A stretch of 64,000 nt of DNA from Lingula anatina (Eukaryota; Animalia; Brachiopoda): the NCBI GenBank assembly GCA_051362555.1, contig CM120645.1, forward strand, positions 14,942,001-15,006,000, read 5' to 3'. Shown here one piece after another: positions 49,912-61,900 of the stretch. The notes under the pieces were generated by a model. That model was given only the letters and a program-made list of their open reading frames with translations, had not been told where the DNA came from and ran no database searches. The translations under genes were made by a program, and so were the position numbers. Numbering within the stretch: the stretch's first letter is position 1; each line of letters opens with the position of its first letter.

Positions 49912-50348
49912 TTGGTCAAACAGTTTTCCTAGGGGTAATTTTTAACATAACATTATTAACTACACACACTGGACAATAGAAGTGTCACTCCTACCGAACC
50001 AATACTTTGGGGGAGATAAATGACTGTGGAATGATATGCTCCTGGTATCATTTTATTAACATCAAATTTCACAAAAAGACCAAAGATACAATTCCATGGT
50101 GAAGCGGTTTTATACCCATTAGTCACATTATAAGTAGACCATGCATTATAACATTGATTACTCTGATTCAGGGGGAGACACTTCTATTGTCCAATGTGTG
50201 TATCAACTTACCGAGCACATGTATGTCTTTTTTATTTTAATCTGGATTTTAGGACTAGTCCTGAACCCGGCGTAAGCACTGGATACCTAAACAAAAATGA
50301 AAAAACAAACAAATCAAACGTTTTTTTTTTATTAGAAGGGAAAGTAGG

Positions 50349-50389
<41 letters not shown>

Positions 50390-52599
50390 TATTCCAATAA
50401 TTCGTAACATAGGCCTTGGCCTTCCTAGTGCTGCCCTTTTTCTTGATAACGGAGTTGGCAATAATCAGTTGCGCTTCAGGATACACGGTCTGTGGGACCG
50501 CGCGTTTCTCCACCGAGCTTTCGGTTATATCAGCCGGTAGCACTGAAGATGAAGCAAATAACATATTTTAGGCTTTATCATATATATACATAGGCACTCA
50601 GGAGTATATACTAAAAACATTGCACCTCTACTACATGAGAACCATGCATAAACCCATTTCATGAAAATAAAAAAGTAAGTTTGAGATGATAATAATAATT
50701 AAAAAACAAAAGAAAACAAAAACAAAAGTGAACTTATTGATTAATTGATATTTTAATATTAAAATTGATATTTTTAAGAAATTGCATTTTACGCACAAAA
50801 ATCCACATCGTCATGGTGAATGTCTGGACTTTTGTAAACAATATGGCGGAATGTAGTGTCCGCAACATGGCGATCGGGGAGCGGTTTGATGATCAGATCA
50901 CCTAGGTAACCATCCTAAAGTAAATATGAATTGGGAAATAAGGTTGAAATTTATGATTAGGTAACATTTGTTGTAGATGCTTGTTTCTACTGAAAATAAG
51001 ATTTAGGATTTCAGTAATCATTTTTATGCATAACTTTGATTAAAAATTATGATTAGGAAACGTTTATTTTATGTATTTTTTCTACTGGAAGGAAGGTGCA
51101 TAGCTCCATTATTCATTTGTATGCATAAATTTAATTATAACTTCAACGTTTCTGCAGCTGGACTAACACATTACAGAAAAATTAGAAAATGCAACGTTCC
51201 TATCGGGGCTCATCTTTGCTGTCTTACTACGTGGGTGTGGACTTACTACTTGCATCCCGTGTGGCCCTTGCGTAACAGTGACAGCTGCTCCCGTGTCAGG
51301 GTCGTGATAAAGGCTTTCCGTGATCTCTTTCAGTCCTATCTGTAGTTATATAAGCACAGGTAAGTGTATATGGTTATTAAAGACGCAGGTCGCCTCCCAC
51401 TTCCCACACACATGCACGCTCACACATACACACTTTTCGGCGCTGCATATTCTCTCCATCCATCTTTCTGTATCAGGAAACTGTTATCGAATGTCTTAAT
51501 TGTAGAACAAAAATTCCAGCCTCACTCTATAGACGTAAACTATGTATCATATTATTGCTACAATTGAATAAGCCCGTAATGACAATAATTTAAGGAGAAA
51601 GATATTAAAAAAAGATAAATGTTATTCGATTTTGTAATTTTTCGAGTCTACGTAATTGAAATATCGCGCTCGGCTGCACGAGGCAGTTGTTATCCTGACT
51701 AGGCTTAAGCAAGATTCAAACTATGGCGAAAAATATAAATATTTCAGTTTTGATTGTCTTTACCTCTTCGTTGATCCTTCTCTCGACGTCATTTCCGTCC
51801 TCGTCGACTTCCAAGGAAATAACCTCAGACTTGGTGCTGTGAAGCAATTCAGAGTTTCTCTGCAGTGAAATTGTCTTTGGTTCTCCCCCCATGGTAATCG
51901 CCACCAGTATCTTTCCATTATTACCCGAAATGAAGTGCATAGGCACTAGTTCATAGTCTGGGACTTGAGAAAAGAAATTAAAAATGTATTGTATCCCATT
52001 TTCCTTTTTTCCCTCTCCGCTTGGAAGAGAATATTTTGCAAAGATACATGTATAAGATAAAAATTGTTAGCAATTTTTGACACGCTCATTCTCCGATTTT
52101 CATGATAAGCAAATAGCTATGATAAAATGAAATAAGACAGTAATCTCGATACTTTAGATGAAAAACATTTGTCAAGATCTCATAATAATTATCATTACCC
52201 CAAACATTAATTATCAAATTTGGTCTTACCATTTCCAATGTCTGCATCTCCGAAAATCTCCTCTAGTTCTTCTTCATTCAACCGCTCGTGAATCTTAATG
52301 AAAAAAAAATGAATAGAAGAGAAATATTTGATATTAATCATTTTCGATGTGCTACATTATAAACATTACAGCAGTATATTTTCTTCAAAATTCTTTAATT
52401 CATCCTAACTTAAAAGGGATTTTCTATCAATGATATATCTACGTTGGTTCAGATATTATATTTTAAATTTCTTAAACAAATACATATTTTGAATCTTGTA
52501 ACAGCGTGTATCGAACTCGTTTAAAGAGAAAATATTCACCAGTTCCTCGGCAACTGAAGCAGCAATGAAGAACGAAGCGATGATCAGGACAGGCCACAT
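47276..52599 (-). CDS. Secreted reprolysin (M12B, ADAMTS-like) zinc metalloprotease, prodomain + catalytic domain only, ~395 aa, 12 exons
   Basis: Exons 52599-52540 (MWPVLIIASFFIAASVA), 52293-52230, 51963-51764, 51339-51247, 50914-50797 (HIVYK), 50542-50388 (EKR/AVPQTVYPE), 50286-50212, 49724-49600, 49299-49274, 48498-48393 (GLAYVRSTC...VTHETGH), 47985-47854 (IFGSPHD...NLMA), 47309-47276 (SSGGSCTYNK*). 1188 nt in frame. Zinc motif HETGHIFGSPHD plus Met-turn. AATAAA on - at 47113-47118. Confidence 0.88.
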
Positions 52600-52638
52600 A
52601 ATGGTGCCTTACGATTAAATAATTGGCGAAGATACTTC

Positions 52639-52646
52639 TTATATAC
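52639..52646 (-). promoter_or_regulatory. Probable TATA box of the metalloprotease gene
   Basis: GTATATAAG on the - strand ~40 nt upstream of the ATG at 52599. Confidence 0.55.
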
Positions 52647-53827
52647 CGGCACAGAGCTGAAAGGCCATATATTTACATGCTATGTTTTACTTGAAAAACA
52701 CGTCTTTTTTAAATATTTAAATCAGAAGTTTGTAATTTTTTTTAAAAAAAATAGGGAGACAAAAAAAAAGAGAAATGATTCTTGCGGCACCTTGCAGGAC
52801 AAAGATTCTAAGAGCAAACAATAAACCCATATAAAATTGCTAGACTGCTAAAGAAAACAAAAATCGGATTTTTTTACATTTCATCATTAAATTGTTGCGA
52901 CACAAACTACAAACGGTATCTACGCAATACAACCAGGTGGCTGAATAACAAAACCTAACTTCTCAGTTGTGAAAAGTCAGAAGTAAAACATGAGATATTG
53001 ATGGTGGGCCCTGCCTAGTTAAGACATTGTTATCGGCTTATTATATTCCCTGATCAGGCTGTTTGTTACCTAAACGTTCAGGTTAAGTCGACCTGGGGTT
53101 TTCAACTTATTGCTTCACCGATTCTAACCCAGGTTGGGTTAGTGTAATTTTAATCTGCACCAGAGATTATTACTAATGGGCTAGAGTAAACAGATGGTCT
53201 ACCCTTTAGGCGATAAAATCTGAAATAGTTCACTCATATTTTAATGCCGATTTTATTGCCAGATTTTATTTCAGATCTAAAAAGCATTTTTTGGCAAAGG
53301 AATTATGTCCGTGTAGGGGCGCTGAGGTTGTGCCTAGATGCCATGCAGTTTCTTATTTCAAAATCGATTCTGGCAACCAGAAACTTTAGGGTCGTTTTAC
53401 AAAAAAGATTCTGACTCGAAAACTAGAATCGCTTGTGCGGGACGAAACGAGGCTGGACGGAGGAAGAGGCTACCTGACCATCGTACGCGCTGGTTAATGA
53501 AAAGCAACACCTGAAAAAAATGGAAATTTTGAAAATCTTTGTTGGCAGCCACGTCTTCTGGAACGTGCCCAATGTGCTAGGAAGACGCAAAACGTAAGAT
53601 TTCTTACTGAGAATATTACATGCACAGACTATAAGTGTTCAAAGAACAAATGAAAAACAGACGAACTTGAGGAAAGGCAATAACATTCTTTCATCTCTTA
53701 AACATTCCCAATACAGCTGCACAATTCACCAACAATTATTTCATTTTTCCACCATGCTTGGTCAAAACGATGGAAAGGTCTATCTTGAACATAGCGGCAC
53801 CTATTGATTCCATAGGTTATGAGTGAG

Positions 53828-54005
53828 TGACGTCATAATCTGATTCCCTGTGTCTCAAAACGTCATGCTGTTGATGCGTCACAATAGGGCAAAGAATCTA
53901 TACGTCATAACACTAATGCGTCTTTATTTCAGCACGTCATAGTATCAATACGTCATTCTCAATACGTCATACTACTAAAACGTCGGTCTTTTATATTACG
54001 TCATA
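53828..54005 (+). promoter_or_regulatory. Cluster of CRE/ATF-type motifs upstream of the RING-NHL gene
   Basis: TGACGTCA at 53828-53835. CGTCA at 53831, 53861, 53877, 53903, 53935, 53951, 53965 and 53999, just before a putative non-coding exon ending CAG|GTAAGT at 54129. Confidence 0.5.
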
Positions 54006-54789
54006 GAATCAATAATATTTTGACATAATACCTATATGTCATAATAGCAACAACGAATCGTTTTGTTTACGATAAAAAACAGCACCAAAACGCGCCGTGC
54101 TGTAAACGAACACAAGTTGAAAAAGGCAGGTAAGTAGAAAGAAGCCCGTTTGTCCGCGAAATTACTAATTTCATTATAATTCTAGATAAAGGTGGAATAA
54201 GCTATTTGTGAACAGTAGGCATGTTCACGGCAAATAGTGCTGATTTTTTTTTAACAAAAATGTTTCTTTATAACAAAGTAAAAGTAAATTCAGGGAGGTA
54301 CTATAGTCTGCAACGCAAAAGAAAAAGAAAGGATTTCAGGAAAAATATGATGTTATTTCTGGTTAAAAATCTTCATCTTAATTTTGCTTGTAGTTTTATT
54401 GATGGAAAAAATCGCGGATACTTATTCAACATTTTCGTTTTAATAATAATTTTTTTGTGAAAGTGCCATTATTCGGTGGTTTTATGATTTTGATAATGAT
54501 AATGGGGCTCATATTTGGACTCAAACTTCAAAACACATTTTTGTTTCAAACTATAGAGTCATCTTTTAAGATTTGAAAATCTTATCCACTCGTTATCATG
54601 CCGTACAAAAATGACTCATACATGTATCATATTTATCATGTACATGTATGTCAAAAATGGCTACATAGGCATTCATGTTTAAATTGAAATATGAAGTGAA
54701 TATCGCGCAATTGCCAATGTGTAGGAAAAAACGGATAACGTTATTTCTCTTCTTTGAAGGCCAGAAAACAATACAACTGCTAAGTTTAA

Positions 54790-56961
54790 ATGGAAAGTTA
54801 TCACCAATCTGCCGTCTCTCATGAAGCCACGCCCTCTGTCTCCCACAAAGGGAAATCCACGCTCGCTAGGAAACTACTTGAACATGAAATCATACTGTGC
54901 AGGATCTGTCTGGATGAGTGGTTGGACCCCAAAGTCTTGGACTGTCTCCATGTTTTCTGTCTGACCTGCCTAGACAAGTATTTTCGAAAGGCAGGACTAG
55001 AGAATCGCCCTTGGATTCCCTGCCCTGAGTGTAGGTACAGAACACGTGTCCCGCCCCTGGGCCTGTGGCAATTGCGTTCATTCTTTCTCGGTAATAAACT
55101 CTTGGAAATTGCCCACTCAGAGGAGGAGGAGAGTGCGACAACTACCGGCGAAGTGCTGATGGTAGGCCGCACTGCCGTTTGCAGCCGAGGAATGTTGAGA
55201 GAAAACAGTGCCATGCTCCACACTATTTATCCAAAATATAAGGAACTTGTACTTTGGCCAACTAGATGTACCACTACATGTGAGCGGGAACTAAAAACGC
55301 TCACTGAGGGAATGCTTTCACATGTTAAAGAAAACCCGAAGAAGTGGTACAGAGACTCACATTTTTTATTTGAGGAAGATTTCAGTGAACCGCGTGCATC
55401 ATCTGATAAGATGTTCAAGTGTGACTCCATAACGAGTCTCCGGGATACCTTTGTAAGCGAAAACGCAAAGCTGGGAACAGCTGATTTGGATCTAGTCAAT
55501 GAATGCACAGATAAGGGCAATGTACCGGATGTTTTATCACAAAGCGATGAACAGAATCCAGATCTTGTATTTCCTTGCCCTTGTGACCGTAGGTTCAGCT
55601 TAATTCCCCGGAAAATGTCAAATCCATCTTTGTCATACTCCACCCGGCCAAGAATTAAAGCACAAGCTTCAGAAGTGGGAAGGGCACATGTATCGGAGAA
55701 CAGACTTTCAATGTCAAATTCAGGGCGTAATACTAGCCCAGTGGAGCCCTGTGAAAGCAAAGAGAGAGTTTCAACAAATCCATGTGCTTTGAATAATCTT
55801 ACATTTGCGCCCCAAACAATAATCTCTTACATTCCCGAACATTCTACAAGGCGGCCCACTTCAGAAAGCCGCAAGGTGCCTGCTCCTGCCGCCAAACTAA
55901 GTCCCCAAGTGCGCACGGCAGAGGACAAAGGATTGGGTGAAATTCAAATTAAATCTACAGACCACCAGGGGGATGACCATTTCCTTGTGAAAACGGAAGA
56001 ACCGACGGACAGAAAATTGGTCCCGAATGCATCCCCTGTCCCTCGCCCAAAAGTTGCAGGCGACAACGAACTCCGCCTCATCTCGAATTTTACTGTAAGT
56101 TTACAAAGTACAGAATACCCGCCTCATGAAATCCAAGTGACCTCCGAAGGCCAGGTAGTGATCTTGCACGGACGGACGGCTTTGTACTGTAGCGGTGGGC
56201 GCCTCCTTGAAAGATTCTACGTTGATACTCAAAGCAGCCGCCTGGCTAGGTACGGCCACAAACTTTATCCTGTCACTTACAAAGACTGGTGGATAACCAT
56301 TTATGACGAGGATGGATACAAGAAAGGTCACATTCTGACAGAGAGGAGGGGTTCCCACAGAGAGGACGCCGGGGTTCTGGTGGCCTTAAGTACGCAAAAC
56401 TGCCCTTTCATACTGCGAGGGACGAAATTAGATATATACAATTTCAAGGGAAGAAGAATCAAAAGACGGACACTGCCTGTGCACGTAGCACGCAACATGG
56501 CTCGCGCTAATCAAGTGATCAAAGACTTTGATGGTAATATAATCCTGTGTACTGCCCAGGCGGGCCACGCCGTGCACGTCTACGAATGCGATGGCCGAAG
56601 AGAGTGGAAAGTCGGATCAGACGCTGGGGACGGTGCCAATCAGTTTAACAACCCTTCCGGCGTTTGTTCCGATCGCGCGGGCAACATTTACGTCGCCGAC
56701 AAGGGGAACAACAGGATCGTGAAATTGAAGAAACAGAACAACAGCAAACGCTTGAGCTATGCATACGAGGTCCTCATCCCTGCTGAGGCAGATTTGGAAA
56801 GACCTCAGCTGGTGTGTCTGAATCACGATTTGCTTCGGTTGGTAGTCTTGGAAGAAATTGGGAATGTCAAGATGTTTCAGCTCCCGGTTCCTCCTAAGCC
56901 AAAACAGAATCAGATATTCCGTTGGAGCAATTACTTTGATTCGCATGTAACTAGCCCATAA
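54790..56961 (+). CDS. RING-finger + NHL/beta-propeller protein (TRIM2/3/56/71-like), 723 aa, single coding exon
   Basis: C3HC4 RING CRIC...PKVLDCLHVFCLTC...CPEC and C-terminal NHL repeat QFNNPSGVCSDRAGNIYVADKGNNRI. Acceptor at 54759 and 5'-UTR intron 54130-54759. Confidence 0.88.
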   Translation: MESYHQSAVSHEATPSVSHKGKSTLARKLLEHEIILCRICLDEWLDPKVLDCLHVFCLTCLDKYFRKAGLENRPWIPCPECRYRTRVPPLGLWQLRSFFLGNKLLEIAHSEEEESATTTGEVLMVGRTAVCSRGMLRENSAMLHTIYPKYKELVLWPTRCTTTCERELKTLTEGMLSHVKENPKKWYRDSHFLFEEDFSEPRASSDKMFKCDSITSLRDTFVSENAKLGTADLDLVNECTDKGNVPDVLSQSDEQNPDLVFPCPCDRRFSLIPRKMSNPSLSYSTRPRIKAQASEVGRAHVSENRLSMSNSGRNTSPVEPCESKERVSTNPCALNNLTFAPQTIISYIPEHSTRRPTSESRKVPAPAAKLSPQVRTAEDKGLGEIQIKSTDHQGDDHFLVKTEEPTDRKLVPNASPVPRPKVAGDNELRLISNFTVSLQSTEYPPHEIQVTSEGQVVILHGRTALYCSGGRLLERFYVDTQSSRLARYGHKLYPVTYKDWWITIYDEDGYKKGHILTERRGSHREDAGVLVALSTQNCPFILRGTKLDIYNFKGRRIKRRTLPVHVARNMARANQVIKDFDGNIILCTAQAGHAVHVYECDGRREWKVGSDAGDGANQFNNPSGVCSDRAGNIYVADKGNNRIVKLKKQNNSKRLSYAYEVLIPAEADLERPQLVCLNHDLLRLVVLEEIGNVKMFQLPVPPKPKQNQIFRWSNYFDSHVTSP

Positions 56962-57400
56962 ATACATATTCTAAAAAACCCAAAAGTCTGCGATAGCTTC
57001 TTAGTTTTCATAAGAAGACAGTTACTGAGACATCGTGGAACTTCAAGGAAGTTTTTCTTTTGTTTCTTGCAAAATCAATAACCAGTGGCTTTGTGCAGTA
57101 ATGTACATCCAAAGAAAGGGCTCTCCATACCTGTAACGATCATGTTCGAGGACGATTTTGATCAAGATTTTTTTCTTTTCCGTCGTAAGTTTATAGTCAT
57201 TATATAAATAAGTACAATCCAGTCAGAAAATGTATAAAACGTATATACAGACTAGTAATAGTTATTTTAAAATCAACTCAACACATTAATAACTAGAGGA
57301 TCAGAGAGACAATACCGCCTCCGGGTATTGTACCACCAGCTGGAATAAGCGCATTCGTACAGAAAACAAACAAAGGGACCCCACCTCCAGTGTTGTACCT

Positions 57401-57662
57401 GACAAGCTCTACAAAATGCAGTAAATAAGAGTTCCCCTTTTTTATTCAAGATTGTTAATAACAAAATCATGGGGAACAGTATAAAGATCAAATCCAAGGT
57501 TGCAGTAAGATTGTGAATATAGGGCTTGACAAGACCTACAAAATGCAGTAAACAAGAGTTCTCAAAAATAACAATTTATAAGAAAATCATAGAGAAAGAA
57601 AAATCATGGGGAAAGAAAAAGCTCAAATCTAACGTTGTAGTAAGATTATGAATATAGGACTT
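57401..57662. repeat. Diverged two-copy tandem repeat (~126-135 bp)
   Basis: GACAAG..CTACAAAATGCAGTAAA.AAGAGTTC...AAAATCATGGGGAA...GTAAGATT.TGAATATAGG.CTT at 57401 and 57527. Confidence 0.8.
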
Positions 57663-58834
57663 CCATCCAAGTTCAATAGCATAAAAGAGGTTGGAAATTT
57701 GCGAAGTGCAGTTCATGATGAAAAGTAGGTCAAAGGTCAAATTCAAGGAATACTGTCAATATATGAGTTCCTATTCTAGTTCAGTAGTAACTGTGGGCAT
57801 ATCTCTACCAGTATGGGAGATATAAGGGACTTGTAGTCTATGAGGAGAAGCGGTAATGCAATGGTGGCGGATACAGGGGACGAGACGGGTCGGGACAGAA
57901 ACCATGTGTACTGCCAGCGCCTCGCTGGTGGTACAATTAGTGATGCAGAAGGATAGATTTACTTGAAATGACGAAAAAATATGCAGTTTTATTCTAATTT
58001 TATTAGAAAAAGTCTTCCATTTGATTAGTAGAAACACCAGTTCCAGAGAAGCGTATTCTTGTTACCTTCCACAAACAAACGTGTTTTTAAGAAACCAAGT
58101 TTCAAAAGAACAAACTTCTGTCCTCTTCTCCTGCATGGCTTATTAGTGCCATATTGACATCAGTCTTCTCAATCGTTTCTTAAAGTTAATGTTAATAATA
58201 AAGTCAATTTTAAAGCATACATCCCTTTACCGTTACTTCGTCGTACTGTCTCTTCTCAGCAACAGTGTATGAAATTTGTTAAAAAGCAAAGACCAATTTA
58301 TACAGCATTAAAAAATATTAATAAATAAAATCAATTGCTATAATTAAATCAATCGCTACTTTAGGATCACAGTGTTCAAACACTAGATTTGAAATAGATT
58401 TTACTAATCTTTGCTAGAAGTTTGTGCAAAACGTGAAGAAAAAACGTAAATGCTTGATGCAGAATGACTTGAATGCAGATACTTCCAGTCATTTCCTTGT
58501 CATTTTGATGGTATGTTAAATGTATTCTGTCAAAATGAAAACAAGCTGAGACAAAAATGTTCACATCTAATAGAGATAAAGTCATCGACTACAGGCTGCT
58601 GAAACGCACAGAACTGAAACCACCGTTCACTTTTACTGCATCCCATCCAACCTTTTTGTCACCTACTTCTCTTCATTCTGAAAGAGAGGAAAACGTTAAG
58701 ACAGTGAAAATGCATTATGTAATGTAAACATTTAAATGGATCCTTCTGACATAAGCTACACGAAAAAGATTCTGAATACTGTACCTGAAAAAGATAACAT
58801 TCACACTCCATAACGATATTCTCTACAACAATAT

Positions 58835-58877
<43 letters not shown>

Positions 58878-58953
58878 TGTTACATGAGCTGACTTAATAT
58901 GTAAACTGACCATGCCTCCGTATCCACCATAGCCCTGGTTGTAGTTTGCGCCA

Positions 58954-61900
58954 CTAATATGGGGTATATCCACCAAAGCCCCGGTTGTTGTTTGCGCCAC
59001 GATATGGGGTATTTCCACCAAAGCCCCGGTTGTTGTTTGCGCCACCATATTGGTTATATCCACCATAGCCCTGGTTGTATCCACCATAGCCCTGGTTAGG
59101 CTCATAGCCCTGGTTGTATCCACCATAGCCACCACCATTATCTGGAGAAAAAAATATGTATATGTAACAATATGCCTAATACGGTATCATGAGATTACCA
59201 CCTATATACAACTCTCTGGGTTATTCATTTCAACGTATACTTTATATGAGACCTTCGTTAGACACTGCTTTTAACAAACTTGCATAATTTTTTTTAAAAT
59301 TTTTTTTAAATATGTGGTTCATCTAAGCTGATTGTTGATCTATACATTCAAGCGCTAGAGACTAGTTCCACAAAAAGCTCCAGAGATTCCTTACCATCCC
59401 GTCCACCACGTCCTCTTCCCCTGCCTCCATATCCTCTAAATCCTCCTCTACCTCCTCCTCTACGTTCCTCATTGGCCTTGCTACGCTTCACATCAACCTA
59501 AAAGTAAAATAAAAACTCACAATTTCATGGGCGGATCAAGAGATATTGGTCTTAGAAACAAATATGAACTATGCAGGCATCCACCCCTCATAACATTTAC
59601 CTGTAAACGCGGCTTTACTTATCCGACTTCAACCACTTGCTGACCAATGCAAATTGTGCTTTATGCAATGACAGGAATTAGCAGGAAACCTAGACAGCTG
59701 GTCATAGAAATTATGATTTCAGTGGACTCCTACATAGAAGATACTCTGTTTAGGGGCCCACAGTACAGAACTGTTGATTTCATGCTTACTACCTCACACT
59801 GATTCCTTGAAAAATGAGTACTAGGGCCTCCATTTTATGGCGACTGCAGCGTAAATAATTGGAACAGAATGTTGGGTCATTATTTGGTGTTTATCTGTGT
59901 ATGGCTTAAAATACCAACCACCCCATTCAAATAGCTCACATACTCCTCGAACATCAACAAAAAGCCCCTAATTAAAAAAAAATATAAGACAAAGATGAAG
60001 TTGTTCTTCCGCTTGAACAATCAAACAAAACTTACGCTTCAAATTATAACAGAGAAAACATTTATATATATGTAGGCCTACATGTATAAAATATAAGTAT
60101 ATGTATAAGATATATTGTAACAAAATCGTATATTTTACCACTTTCCCGCCAATGGTCGCACTGGGATTTTCTAATATTTTGTCAACGACCTCAGCACTCT
60201 CAAATGTAATGAAACAAAAACCTTTTCCTTCGCCCGTCGAACTGTCTAATGGAAGAAAAATGTCCTCAACCTGTAAAAATAAATAAATATATATATATTA
60301 CAATAACTGTGACATCTAACTGTGGAAAGATTAGATTAACTAGACACCAAAGCTGGCAAATATGCAGATAGCATATATGTAACGAGGAAGCAAAGCTGAC
60401 AAATTGTTCAGACATTATGCAGAAAGAGTGCAACAAATAATTTTTTGGACAATTTTGGATAATGTTTTAAAACCGTATAATTACTCTTAACCTCTTACTT
60501 TATGTACTGCAGATAACCAAAATTGAGCAAAAAAGCAGAATAGTAACCGTGAATGTATACTGATAATGCCCATTTTTGACAGCAACCTGCCTCTGAAACT
60601 TAAAAACCACTCAGTTTATTTCAAGATAGACAAAAATGCGGTTTGTCACTTATGGGCCAAATATCATGTGTCGTGTAGCGACATCGATGGCGACAACACG
60701 GACAGACAGACAAATCAGAATATATACAAACTATAAGTATCTGTATATATATAAAAAAACTATGTTAACTTACAATATTGTGAATTTCTTCGCAATTTTT
60801 GGAATAAAGAACCAGGAACAATATATCTATATATTGACATATATCTATATGTTGATTTAATTGTTGATACATACATGTACAAGATCCGTACCGCACGTCA
60901 ACCTTTAGTATTTCTTTATCTTATAATGGAAACCAATACATATATTTTCTTTAGTACCTTTCCAAACTCTGAAAAGTATACCCTTAAATCTTCTTTTGAG
61001 ATATTTTGAGATAATCCACCAACAAATATCTTCTTCCTTGAATACGAATCACTGCCACTCTCAGGCACAGCTCTCTTTGCTTCTATGGTTTTACCTTGTA
61101 TAACATGATCTTCCTTGTAACTTAATACCTGCAATGTGATTATAACAGAAATGTTTCAAAAGTTTAATTAATGCAGTATATTACAAATTTTAATTCTACT
61201 ATATGGTTCCTCTTCTTTTCAGCATTCTATTTTTTTTTTGCCTTTTTAATCAAATTTCACCTTGAAAATCATAATGACAGTAATTTTTATTTGCATTCTA
61301 TAGAATATTCAACAATGATGATCTGAATATCAAGCCAAAATACTTACAGCTTCCATACCAGAACTATCCTTGAAAACGACAGAACCAAATCCCCTTGATC
61401 TGCCTGAATAAACATCTGTCTTCACTGTGCAGTCGGCTACTTCACCAAATTTTCCAAAATAGTCACGTAGATCTTCTAAAAAAATGGAAAAAAGTAAAGT
61501 TAAAAAAAGCTGGTGGTTAATAAAAAAAAATGTATTGTATAAGATATTGGTGTCAAAAGTAAATACATGTTAGAGATTGTGTAATTTCACTTCGTACACA
61601 TTTTAAACACTTACCAGTTGTTGCTTTCAGACTAAGACCTCCCACAAATAATTTTCTGAAACAGAAGCAAATGTCAAAGTATTACTTGATCTTTGTTTCT
61701 GCTATTCAAATACTTTAGTAAGGCAACTAACTAACCAATCATTGTGATCTAGGTACTTTGGTTTCTGAAAAATATATCACACCAATATTCTCCTCTTGAA
61801 TAGAATTTTGACAAGCTGACTTCCATTTTTTACCTATCATGAACGTTACATGTGTATCCATCGTCATCATTGTTCCCACAAAAACTAATTAGAAATTGCT

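Noticed and set aside
54819-56967. Several antisense ORFs over the RING-NHL gene, and similar ones over CCDC146, FReD and esterase exons
   Set aside because: Shadow frames of real coding sequence with no independent motifs.
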